From NCBI GenBank assembly GCA_022563285.1, contig JADFNQ010000001.1:1-24830 (forward strand): a stretch of DNA of 24,830 nucleotides, written 5' to 3'. The notes beneath the pieces are model-generated. The model did no database searches. It saw only the letters and a list, made by a program, of their open reading frames with translations, and was not told the DNA's origin. Positions 1 to 8,199 of the stretch are shown one piece after another. Source of the DNA: Chloroflexota bacterium. Its GTDB lineage: Bacteria > Chloroflexota > Dehalococcoidia > SM23-28-2 > RBG-16-64-32. Position 1 is the stretch's first letter, and every line of letters starts with the position of its first letter. The position numbers were made by a program, and so were the translations under genes.

Positions 1-1
1 C

Positions 2-196
2 CAGATCGCGGACGCCATCACGGAGGGGCTCTCGCCGGACGGCGTCGCCGTGGTCATCGAGGCGGAGCACCTGTGTATGACCATGCGGGGCGTCCAGAAG
101 CCCGGCACCACGCTCATCACCTCCGCCATCCGCGGCGCCTTTCGCCGCCGCGCCGTCACACGCTCGGAGTTCCTGGCGCTGGTGAGAGGAGGCTAG
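2..196 (+). CDS. folE: GTP cyclohydrolase I, C-terminal part (5' end outside window)
   Basis: Frame 2 reads [35 protein letters not shown]...[10 protein letters not shown], containing the FolE EAxHxCMxMRGV motif. Stop TAG at 194-196. Not in the ORF track because it has no start in the window. Confidence 0.93.
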   Translation, partial: QIADAITEGLSPDGVAVVIEAEHLCMTMRGVQKPGTTLITSAIRGAFRRRAVTRSEFLALVRGG

Positions 197-197
197 T

Positions 198-1178
198 TTG
201 GCCTGCACCGTGCAACGGGAGGAGCTGGACCGGCTGGAGCCGGAGTGGCGGGCACTGCTGCCCCGCGCCGGTATGAGCAAGGTGTTCGCATCCCCCACCT
301 GGCTGCGCGTCTGGTGGGAGGAGTTCGGGTCCGGGCGTGACCTCATCCTGCTTTCGGTGCGGCGCGAGGGTGAACTCATCGGCGTGGCGCCGCTGATGCG
401 CGACGGTGACCGCCTCTGCTTCGCCGGTGATACCGAGATCTGCGATTACATGGACTTCATCGCCGCCCCGGGCGAGGAGGAGGCCGTCATCTCGGCCGTT
501 CTGCGCAGCCTAGGCGAGGAGCCCTGGCAGGAGCTGGCCTTGTGGGCTGTCCCCGAAGGTTCTCCCACCCTGGCTGCGCTGAAGGCGGTAGCGCCCCAGT
601 TCGGACTTCGTGTGGATATCGAAGTCGAGGATGTCTGTCCCCAGCTTGAGCTGCCCGGCGCCTGGGAGGAGTACCTGGCAAGTCTGGGCAAGAAGGACCG
701 GCATGAGCTGCGCCGCAAGCTGCGCAAGCTCTCCCAGGCCGGCGAGGTTGTCCTGGAGACGGTGGAAGAGCAGGCGGCAGTGGAGGCGGCGCTGGACGAC
801 TTCCTGCGCCTGTACCGTGCCAGCCGCTCCGATAAAGCCGCCTTTATGACCGAGCAGATGGAGCGATTCTTCCGGGCCATCGTCGCCGCCCTCGCTGCCG
901 AGGGGCGGGTTGAGCTCCTCTTTCTCAGTTTGGGCGGCGTCCGCGCCGCTGCTGTCCTCTGCTTCTGCGAGGGCAAAGAATCTCTCCTCTACAACAGCGC
1001 CTACGATCCAACCTACGCCTACCTCTCGGTGGGCCTCCTCTCCAAGGCGCTCGCCCTGCGGAAGGCTATCGAGCAGGGGAAAAGCCGGTTCGACTTCCTG
1101 CGCGGCCCTGAGCCCTACAAGTATGACCTGGGCGCCAAGGACGTCCGCGTGTATCGCTGTACGGTGCGCAGGAATTGA
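198..1178 (+). CDS. GNAT-family acyltransferase, CelD/BcsL-like (tandem GNAT, Fem-like fold)
   Basis: TTG start 1 nt after the folE stop. N-terminal FASPTWLRVWW, ICDYMDF, basic helix YLASLGKKDRHELRRKLRKL and C-terminal FDFLRGPEPYKY are typical of this family. Confidence 0.8.
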   Translation: MACTVQREELDRLEPEWRALLPRAGMSKVFASPTWLRVWWEEFGSGRDLILLSVRREGELIGVAPLMRDGDRLCFAGDTEICDYMDFIAAPGEEEAVISAVLRSLGEEPWQELALWAVPEGSPTLAALKAVAPQFGLRVDIEVEDVCPQLELPGAWEEYLASLGKKDRHELRRKLRKLSQAGEVVLETVEEQAAVEAALDDFLRLYRASRSDKAAFMTEQMERFFRAIVAALAAEGRVELLFLSLGGVRAAAVLCFCEGKESLLYNSAYDPTYAYLSVGLLSKALALRKAIEQGKSRFDFLRGPEPYKYDLGAKDVRVYRCTVRRN

Positions 1179-1205
1179 CCGTTAGGTTATCATTGATGGA
1201 CGCGC

Positions 1206-2435
1206 ATGTGTAACATAGCGGTTGTCTCCGTCCATACCTCGCCCCTGGCTCGCCCCGGCACCCGCGATAGCGGTGGCATGAACGTCTACATCCGGGAGTT
1301 GAGCCGCCAGCTCTGCCGCCGCGCCCACACCATGGATATCTTCACCCGCCGCACTGATCCGGACTCGCCGCAGGTGGTGGAGATAGATGGGCGGACGCGG
1401 GTCATCCAGATAGAGACGGGGCCGCTCGACGCGGACAAGGCGTCGTTGCACCTGCATCTCCCCGAGTTCCGCCGCGGCGTTATCCGCTTCCAGGAGGAGC
1501 AGGGCCGCTCCTACGACCTCGTCCACAGCCATTACTGGCTCTCCGGCTGGGTAGGCCAGGCGCTCAAGGCCCGCTGGGGCGTCCCCCATGTCATCATGTT
1601 CCACACGCTGGGCGAGGTGAAGAACCGCGCCCGCGTCAGCGAGCGTGAGCCTGATTACCGCATCGCCGGGGAGCGGCTGGTCGCTCAGGGTGCGGACCGC
1701 ATCATCTGCGCCAGCGAAGGGGAACGGCGGGCCCTGATCGAGTACTACGGCGTGTCACCGGCGCTGACGGTGCAGGTACCCTGCGGTGTAGACATGGATC
1801 ACTTCCGCCCCATGTCCAGCGGCCGCGTTCGCCGCAGCCTGGGCCTGCCCCAGAGCGAGATGCTGGTCCTCTACGTGGGGCGCATCGAGCCCCTGAAAGG
1901 CATCGATATCCTCCTGCGGGCGGCCGCTGAGACGGAGGGCCGGTTCTGCCTCCTCATCGTCGGCGGCGATAGCAAGGACGCGGCGCGCAAGGCCGAACTG
2001 CGCAAGCTCGCGGACGAACTCGGCATCAGCGACCGGGTCATCCTCCGCGACGCCGTCCCCCACGAGCAACTGCCGCTCTACTACAACGCCGCCGACGTCT
2101 GTGTCGTCCCCTCCTACTACGAGAGCTTCGGCCTGGTGGCCCTGGAGGCGATGGCCTGCGGGATCCCCGTGGTCGCCTCCCGCGTGGGTGGTCTCCTGGA
2201 GACCGTGAAGCACGGCCAGACCGGCTATCTGGTGCCCTGGCGCTGCCCGGAGCCGTTCGCGGAGCGACTGGAGCTCCTCCTGGACAACGAAACCCTCCGC
2301 CGTAGCCTGGGCCGCATGGCCCGCGCCGCCGTAGAGCGCTTCCGCTGGGCGGAGGTCGCCACCCGCGTGGAAGAGGTCTACCACGAGCTCGTCTCCCAGT
2401 ACCGGGGTGTCAGTATCGGCGCGCACGTGGCCTAG
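1206..2435 (+). CDS. mshA: GT4 glycosyltransferase, MshA-like (D-inositol-3-phosphate glycosyltransferase)
   Basis: SVHTSPLARPGTRDSGGMNVY, HSHYWLSG, FHTLGEVK and PSYYESFGLVALEAMACG match the actinobacterial MshA motifs. Substrate is inferred, not shown. Confidence 0.8.
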   Translation: MCNIAVVSVHTSPLARPGTRDSGGMNVYIRELSRQLCRRAHTMDIFTRRTDPDSPQVVEIDGRTRVIQIETGPLDADKASLHLHLPEFRRGVIRFQEEQGRSYDLVHSHYWLSGWVGQALKARWGVPHVIMFHTLGEVKNRARVSEREPDYRIAGERLVAQGADRIICASEGERRALIEYYGVSPALTVQVPCGVDMDHFRPMSSGRVRRSLGLPQSEMLVLYVGRIEPLKGIDILLRAAAETEGRFCLLIVGGDSKDAARKAELRKLADELGISDRVILRDAVPHEQLPLYYNAADVCVVPSYYESFGLVALEAMACGIPVVASRVGGLLETVKHGQTGYLVPWRCPEPFAERLELLLDNETLRRSLGRMARAAVERFRWAEVATRVEEVYHELVSQYRGVSIGAHVA

Positions 2436-2447
2436 AATCCGCCTCGC

Positions 2448-3140
2448 GTGAGCGAACCGAAACGAGCCCTGGTCATAGTCGCTCACCCGGACGATGCGGA
2501 GTTCCTCTGCGCCGGCACGGTGGCCCGCTGGGTCTCCGAGGGATGGCAGGTAGCGTACGTCCTGGTCACATCCGGCGATAAGGGCAGCCACGATGAGGGT
2601 ATGACCAGCGAGCGGCTGGCCGCCGTGCGGGAGAAGGAGCAGAGCGCCGCCGCCAAGGTGCTGGGCGTCAGCGAGTGCGTCTTCCTGGGCTACCCGGACG
2701 GCTTTGTAGAGGACACGGCGGAGCTCCGGGGGAAGCTGGTGCGGGAGATACGGCGCTTCAAGCCGGACCTGGTGATCACCTGGGACCCCTACCGGCTGGG
2801 CCATAACCACCGCGATCACCGCCTCACCGGGCAGGCCGCCCTGGATGCGGTCTATCCACTCTCTCGCTCCCACCTGTACTATCCGGAGCATCTGGAACAG
2901 GGGCTGGGGCCGCACCGGGTGAAGGAGGTCCTTCTTGCCGGAAGCGATCGGGCCAATTACCATGTTGACGCAAGCGATTTTTTTCACAAGAAGATGAAGG
3001 CTTTGCGTTGCCATAAGAGTCAGCTCGGCCGCTATCCGCTAGGCGAGCTGCGAAAACGGGTGCGAGAGCGCATGGCAGAGGTGGGCAAGGAGGCCGGTTT
3101 CAAGCTGGCCGAGGCGTTCCACCGCATCGAGTGGAGATAG
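2448..3140 (+). CDS. PIG-L/LmbE-family metal-dependent N-acetyl-sugar deacetylase (MshB/BshB/Mca superfamily)
   Basis: GTG start. AHPDDAEF metal motif, TSGDKG, PDLVITWDP and the NHRDH (HxDH) motif. Confidence 0.88.
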   Translation: MSEPKRALVIVAHPDDAEFLCAGTVARWVSEGWQVAYVLVTSGDKGSHDEGMTSERLAAVREKEQSAAAKVLGVSECVFLGYPDGFVEDTAELRGKLVREIRRFKPDLVITWDPYRLGHNHRDHRLTGQAALDAVYPLSRSHLYYPEHLEQGLGPHRVKEVLLAGSDRANYHVDASDFFHKKMKALRCHKSQLGRYPLGELRKRVRERMAEVGKEAGFKLAEAFHRIEWR

Positions 3141-3147
3141 GACTAAG

Positions 3148-4032
3148 GTGGAGGGCCTTTCACTAACCACGTTCTGGCTGGCCCTGGGCCTCACCGCCGC
3201 GGCGGTGGTCTTCTACTGGGGCTACTCCTTCGGTGTGCGAGTAGCCGTGCGCCGCCTGGCAACCGACGGCGACGGCGGCATGACCGTCGCCACCTTCGAG
3301 AGGTTGCCGGAACCCCTGGGCAGGCTGGGCAGCCTGGCTACCTGGGCGGCGGCGGCCTTCCTGGCCGTATCGCTGTTCGCCCGCTGGCGGGCTGTGGGTC
3401 ACGCCCCCTGGTCCAACATGTGGGAGTTTACCGTCGCCTTCGCCGGCGGCATCCTGCTATTCTACATCGTGTTCGAGCGCCGGTACGGCCAGAGGGCGCT
3501 GGGCGCATTCATCCTGCCGGTGGTGCTGGCACTTCTGGCCGTAGCCGCCGCCTTCTTCCCGTCGGACGTGCAGCCCCTGGTACCCGCCCTGCAGAACCAG
3601 GACCTCCTGGCAATCCACGTAGCGATGATGGTCCTGGCCTACAGCGCCCTCAGCGTCTCCTTTGGCACCGGCGTAATGTATCTCCTCCAGGGGGAGAAGA
3701 ACCGCTTCCCGCGTCTGCCCAAGGCAACGCTCCTGGACGAGATCGGCTACCGCTCGGTAATGGTGGGCTTACCCTTGCTGGCCGTGGGGATCGCCTTGGG
3801 GGCGTACTGGGGCAACTCTGCCTGGGGTCGCTACTGGGGCTGGGACCCCAAGGAGACGTCGGCCCTGGTGACCTGGCTCATCTACGCCGGCTACATGCAC
3901 ACCCGAGGACTCCGCGGCTGGACGGGCACGCGAGCCGCCGTAATCCTGGTGCTGGGGTTCCTCGCCGTGATCTTCACCTTCTTCGTGGTGAACCTGTGGG
4001 TGTCCGGCCTCCACTCCTACGCCGGGGTGTGA
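3148..4032 (+). CDS. ccsA: System II cytochrome c biogenesis protein (heme-handling WWD-domain membrane protein, CcsA/ResC)
   Basis: Multiple hydrophobic helices, PWSNMWEF, VPALQ, AIH, the WWD motif AWGRYWGWDPKET and conserved His residues (YMH, GLHSYA). Confidence 0.93.
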   Translation: MEGLSLTTFWLALGLTAAAVVFYWGYSFGVRVAVRRLATDGDGGMTVATFERLPEPLGRLGSLATWAAAAFLAVSLFARWRAVGHAPWSNMWEFTVAFAGGILLFYIVFERRYGQRALGAFILPVVLALLAVAAAFFPSDVQPLVPALQNQDLLAIHVAMMVLAYSALSVSFGTGVMYLLQGEKNRFPRLPKATLLDEIGYRSVMVGLPLLAVGIALGAYWGNSAWGRYWGWDPKETSALVTWLIYAGYMHTRGLRGWTGTRAAVILVLGFLAVIFTFFVVNLWVSGLHSYAGV

Positions 4033-4038
4033 CCAAGC

Positions 4039-4067
4039 TTGACACCACAACAGCCGGTTGCTATCCT
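4039..4067 (+). promoter_or_regulatory. sigma70-type promoter for the rpsL superoperon
   Basis: Perfect -35 TTGACA (4039-4044), 17-nt spacer, extended -10 TG-c-TATCCT (TG 4059-4060, hexamer 4062-4067). A second TATCCT follows at 4068-4073. Predicted TSS about 4074. Confidence 0.8.
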
Positions 4068-4099
4068 TATCCTTTGGCGTCTGGTTCATAAGCCATATA

Positions 4100-4200
4100 C
4101 GCGAGACTAGCGGTCGGAAGGCCTCGCCGACGTGATCGGCGCACCGGATCAAGCCGTGCCGGTCTAGCGCGAACAGTCAGGCCTTCGGCCTTTTGTTTGT
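4100..4200 (+). ncRNA. Putative structured cis-regulatory leader of rpsL (three-way junction plus terminator-like hairpin)
   Basis: Closing stem CGCG/CTAG 4100-4110 with CTAG-CGCG 4164-4171; hairpin GTCGG 4113-4117 / CCGAC 4127-4131; hairpin 4137-4161. Manual pairing only, no family assigned. Confidence 0.5.
4179..4200 (+). terminator. Intrinsic terminator-like hairpin inside the rpsL leader
   Basis: AGGCC-ttc-GGCCT (4179-4191) followed by TTTGTTTGT. The stem can be extended through GAACAG 4171-4176. Confidence 0.5.
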
Positions 4201-4218
4201 GGAAGAAGGGATTCGCAG

Positions 4219-4638
4219 GTGCCAACTATTAACCAGCTGGTCCGCCATGGGCGGAAGCCGATGGTCAATAAGACCAAGGCTCCGGCCCTGCGTTTCCGTT
4301 ACAACGCGCTAAAGAACCGGATGGTGCGCGATAGGGGCGCACCCCAGAAACGGGGTGTCTGCACCAACGTGCGCACCCAGACGCCGAAAAAGCCGAACTC
4401 CGCCCTGCGCAAGGTGGCCAGGGTGCGCCTAACCAACGGGATTGAGGTGACCGCCTACATCCCCGGCGAGGGCCATACCCTCCAGGAGCACTCCGTGGTC
4501 CTAATCCGCGGCGGCCGCGTGAGGGACCTGCCCGGCGTTCGCTACCACATCATCCGGGGGGCGCTTGACGCTACAGGGGTGGACGGGCGCAGGCAGCAGC
4601 GCAGCAAGTACGGGACCCGTAGGACCGAAGGTCCTTAG
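4219..4638 (+). CDS. rpsL: 30S ribosomal protein S12
   Basis: GTG start. [27 protein letters not shown] and [12 protein letters not shown] motifs; carries the ~13-aa N-terminal insertion of the Firmicutes/Chloroflexota type. Confidence 0.99.
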   Translation: MPTINQLVRHGRKPMVNKTKAPALRFRYNALKNRMVRDRGAPQKRGVCTNVRTQTPKKPNSALRKVARVRLTNGIEVTAYIPGEGHTLQEHSVVLIRGGRVRDLPGVRYHIIRGALDATGVDGRRQQRSKYGTRRTEGP

Positions 4639-4659
4639 TAGGCTTCGGGAGTCTGACCA

Positions 4660-5130
4660 GTGCCGCGCAGAGGTAAAGTAGTCCGCCGTCCAACGCCGCC
4701 CGACGCCAAGTACGGGAGCATCTGGGTTCAGATGATGATCAACAAGGTGATGAAGCGAGGAAAGAAGAGCACTGCTGAGCGCATCGTTTACGCAGCGATG
4801 GAGACGGCTGGGCAACGCACCAAGGACCCGCCGGCCCAGGTGATTGAATCGGCGATCCGCAACGTTATGCCCACCCTGGAGGTCCGCCCCCGACGCGTAG
4901 GCGGGGCTACCTACCAGATACCGCTGGAGGTACGTCCTTCGCGGCAGCTCTCCCTATCCATGCGCTGGATCCTCAGCAGCGCCCGTGCCCGCCAGGGCCG
5001 CCCCATGGCCGAACGCCTGGCCGCCGAACTCGTGGACGCCTACCGCCAGCAGGGCACGGCGGTCAAGCGTCGGGATGATACACACCGCATGGCAGAGGCC
5101 AATAAGGCCTTCGTTCACTACCGGTGGTAA
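4660..5130 (+). CDS. rpsG: 30S ribosomal protein S7
   Basis: [16 protein letters not shown] and [15 protein letters not shown] motifs. Confidence 0.99.
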   Translation: MPRRGKVVRRPTPPDAKYGSIWVQMMINKVMKRGKKSTAERIVYAAMETAGQRTKDPPAQVIESAIRNVMPTLEVRPRRVGGATYQIPLEVRPSRQLSLSMRWILSSARARQGRPMAERLAAELVDAYRQQGTAVKRRDDTHRMAEANKAFVHYRW

Positions 5131-5168
5131 CGGCAGCCCGGCCACGGTCTGAGTTGGGTATAGACATC

Positions 5169-7256
5169 ATGACAAGACAAGTGCCGATCGAATCACTGCG
5201 GAATATCGGGATCATCGCTCACATCGATGCTGGTAAGACCACGGTCACGGAGCGCATCCTGTTCTACACGGGACGCACCTACAAAATCGGTGACGTGGAC
5301 GCCGGCACTGCCGTCATGGACTGGATGGCCCAGGAGCGGGAGCGGGGGATCACCATCACCGCGGCCTCCACCACCACCAGCTGGCGGGACCAGGTGATCA
5401 ACATCGTGGATACCCCCGGCCACGTGGACTTCACGGTCGAAGTTGAACGCAGCCTTCGTGTCCTGGACGGGGGCGTTGTTGTATTCGATGCTGTCGCCGG
5501 AGTCCAGAGCCAGTCGGAGACCGTGTGGCGCCAGGCTGATCGCTACCATATCCCCCGCATCTGCTTCGTCAACAAGATGGACCGCGTGGGCGCCGACTTC
5601 TGGCGCACGCTGGGGATGATCAAGGAGCGCCTGAGCGCCCGGCCCGTGGCGATCCAGATCCCCATCGGCGCTGAGGACGCCCACCAGGGCGCCATTGACC
5701 TTGTGGAGATGAAGGCGATAACCTTCTCCGCAGACCGCGAGACGCCGCCGAAGGTTGAGCCTATCCCCGATGCCTATCTGACGGAGGCCCGGACCCGCCG
5801 CGAACAGCTCATCGAGGCGATAGCCGAAGTGGACGACCAGATGCTAATCAGCTACGTGGAGCACCACGACGTATCGCCTTCGGAGCTCAAGAAGGGGCTG
5901 CGACGTGCCGTCGTCAGCAACCTCGTCAACCCCGTCCTCTGCGGCGCCGCACTCAAGAACAAGGGTATCCACCCGCTGCTGGACGCGATCATAGATTATC
6001 TCCCATCACCGGCAGAGGTTCCGCCCGTCAAGGGGATCCACCCCAAGACGGGCGGCTTGATTGAGCGACGCCCCAGAGATGAAGAGCCGTTCGCCGCCCT
6101 CGCCTTCAAGGTCGTCGCCGACCCTTATGTGGGGCGCCTCGTCTACTTCCGCGTCTACTCCGGCTGCGCCAAGCAGGGGGCGGCTGTGCTCAACAGCGCC
6201 CGCGACAAGAAAGAGCGCCTGGGCCGCATCCTGCGCATGCACGCCAACCGGCGGGAAGATATAGATGATGTGAAGGCGGGTGACATCGCGGCCACGGTGG
6301 GCCTGAAGAACACATTCACCGGCGATACGCTTTGCGCCTTGGATGAGCCCGTGATCCTGGAGGCGATCAAGTTTCCGGACCCGGTCATCTCCGTGGCCAT
6401 CGAGCCCAAGACCAAGGACGACCAGGACCGCATGGCCGAGACGCTGGTCCGGCTGGGCGAAGAGGACCCCACCTTCCGTACCCGCTACGACTCCGAGACC
6501 GGCCAGACGATCATCTCCGGCATGGGCCAGCTCCACCTGGAGATCATCGTCGACCGCATGCTACGGGAGTTCAACGTGGAGGCCAACGTGGGCCGGCCTG
6601 AGGTCGCCTACAAGGAGACGATCGTTCAGCCGGCGCGGGCGGAGGGACGCTTCGTCCGCCAGACCGGCGGCCGCGGCCAGTTCGCCGTAGTCCAGCTAGA
6701 GGTGGAGCCTCAGCCGCGGGGCGCCGGATTCAAGTTCGAGGGCAAGATCATCGGTGGCGCCATCCCCCGCGAGTTCGTCCCGGCGGTGGAGCAGGGCGTG
6801 CGGGAGGCGCTGGAAACCGGCGTCTTATCCAACTACCCTGTGATAGACGTCAAGGTCACGCTTGTGGACGGTCAGCACCACCCGGTAGACTCCTCTGAGA
6901 TGGCGTTCAGGATGGCCGGGTCTCTGGGTGTCCAGGTAGGGCTGAAGCGCGGCAAGCCGATCTTGCTGGAGCCGTTCATGAAGGTGGAGGTGGCCACACC
7001 CGATGAGTTCTTCGGCGATGTGCTGGGGGACATAACCTCCCGCCGCGGCCACGTTGTGAACGTTGACCAGAGCGGCCATCTGCGGGTCATCTCTACTCTC
7101 ATCCCCCTGGCTGAGACGTTCGGCTACGCCACTGACCTGCGCTCCCTCAGCCAGGGTCGCGCCACCTACACTATGGAGTTCGATCACTATGAGGAGGTCC
7201 CCGTCTCCGTCGCCGAGCATGTCATCGGCCGGGTGCGGGGCGTAGTCCGCAGGTAG
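5169..7256 (+). CDS. fusA: Elongation factor G
   Basis: [29 protein letters not shown] and NKMD GTPase motifs. Start moved from the ORF-track 5124 to the in-frame ATG at 5169 ([14 protein letters not shown]). Confidence 0.98.
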   Translation: MTRQVPIESLRNIGIIAHIDAGKTTVTERILFYTGRTYKIGDVDAGTAVMDWMAQERERGITITAASTTTSWRDQVINIVDTPGHVDFTVEVERSLRVLDGGVVVFDAVAGVQSQSETVWRQADRYHIPRICFVNKMDRVGADFWRTLGMIKERLSARPVAIQIPIGAEDAHQGAIDLVEMKAITFSADRETPPKVEPIPDAYLTEARTRREQLIEAIAEVDDQMLISYVEHHDVSPSELKKGLRRAVVSNLVNPVLCGAALKNKGIHPLLDAIIDYLPSPAEVPPVKGIHPKTGGLIERRPRDEEPFAALAFKVVADPYVGRLVYFRVYSGCAKQGAAVLNSARDKKERLGRILRMHANRREDIDDVKAGDIAATVGLKNTFTGDTLCALDEPVILEAIKFPDPVISVAIEPKTKDDQDRMAETLVRLGEEDPTFRTRYDSETGQTIISGMGQLHLEIIVDRMLREFNVEANVGRPEVAYKETIVQPARAEGRFVRQTGGRGQFAVVQLEVEPQPRGAGFKFEGKIIGGAIPREFVPAVEQGVREALETGVLSNYPVIDVKVTLVDGQHHPVDSSEMAFRMAGSLGVQVGLKRGKPILLEPFMKVEVATPDEFFGDVLGDITSRRGHVVNVDQSGHLRVISTLIPLAETFGYATDLRSLSQGRATYTMEFDHYEEVPVSVAEHVIGRVRGVVRR

Positions 7257-7260
7257 AGCC

Positions 7261-7569
7261 ATGGCCCGCCAGAAGATCCGCATCCGCCTCAAGGCCTACG
7301 ACCACCGGATACTGGATCAATCGGCGGTGCTCATCGTCGAAGCGGCGGAGCGCACGGGGGCGGCCGTGGCCGGGCCGGTGCCATTGCCGACGGAGATCAA
7401 GAAGTTCTGCGTGATCCGCTCGCCCCACGTCGATAAGGACTCACGGGAGCAGTTCGAGATCCGCACCCACAAGCGTCTCGTGGACATCCTGGACCCCACG
7501 TCTAAGACCGTGGACGCCCTGATGCGTCTGCAACTGCCTTCGGGCGTAGACATCGAGATCAAGCTGTGA
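7261..7569 (+). CDS. rpsJ: 30S ribosomal protein S10
   Basis: [18 protein letters not shown] and [20 protein letters not shown]. Confidence 0.99.
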   Translation: MARQKIRIRLKAYDHRILDQSAVLIVEAAERTGAAVAGPVPLPTEIKKFCVIRSPHVDKDSREQFEIRTHKRLVDILDPTSKTVDALMRLQLPSGVDIEIKL

Positions 7570-8198
7570 GCATCGAAGGCATCCTGGGACGCAAGCTGGG
7601 CATGGCCCAGATCTTCCGGGACGACGGCACCGCCGTCCCCGTGACGGTCATCGAAGCCGGGCCCTGCACCGTTGTCCAGGTAAAGACGGAGGAGAACGAC
7701 GGCTACTCCGCCGTACAGCTAGGGTTCAGCACCCGCAAGCGGGTCACCTCGCCCCAGAAGGGTCACATGAAGGGGCTGGGCCAGTTCCGGTACCTGCGTG
7801 AGTTCCGCGTGGACGATATCAGCGAGTGGGAAGTGGGGAAGAAGGTAGGATGTGAGATCTTCCAGGAGGGGGACATCGTGGACGTATCAGGGGCGTCGAA
7901 AGGCCGCGGCTTCGCCGGGGTGATGAAGCGCCACGGCTTCCACGGCGGGCCCCGCACCCACGGACAGTCGGACCGCGCCCGTGCCCCCGGCTCCATCGGC
8001 GCCGGGACGGATCCCGGCCGTGTAGTCAAGGGTAAGAAGATGGCGGGACACATGGGCACGGGCCAGATCACAGTCAAAAACCTGGAGATCGTCCAGTCAG
8101 ACCCTTCCCGCAACATCCTGATGGTGAAGGGCTCCGTCCCCGGCAGTGAGGACGTACTCTTGCGCGTCCGCCGCTCGAAGCACGGGAGGGCGCGGTAA
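7566..8198 (+). CDS. rplC: 50S ribosomal protein L3
   Basis: GTGA overlap with rps[27 protein letters not shown] and RAPGSIG. Confidence 0.99.
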   Translation: MSIEGILGRKLGMAQIFRDDGTAVPVTVIEAGPCTVVQVKTEENDGYSAVQLGFSTRKRVTSPQKGHMKGLGQFRYLREFRVDDISEWEVGKKVGCEIFQEGDIVDVSGASKGRGFAGVMKRHGFHGGPRTHGQSDRARAPGSIGAGTDPGRVVKGKKMAGHMGTGQITVKNLEIVQSDPSRNILMVKGSVPGSEDVLLRVRRSKHGRAR

Positions 8199-8199
8199 C

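Noticed and set aside
1165-1205. Possible internal promoter for mshA (TATCAT 1188-1193; TTGACC 1175-1180)
   Set aside because: The two hexamers are only 7 nt apart, and the correctly spaced -35 (TGCGCA) is poor with no TG extension. Too weak to call.
4100-4171. Resemblance of the leader to a ZTP (pfl) riboswitch (GACTAGCG), SRP RNA (GGTCGGAAGG) or T-box
   Set aside because: It lacks the pfl pseudoknot partner and 3' CCUGGG, the SRP AGCAG internal loop and the T-box UGGNACC bulge.
5124-5168. ORF-track upstream starts for fusA (5124), rplD (8146), adk (18430), rpsD (21065) and rplM (24130)
   Set aside because: They overlap the preceding genes and add non-homologous residues. Downstream in-frame starts match the family N-termini.
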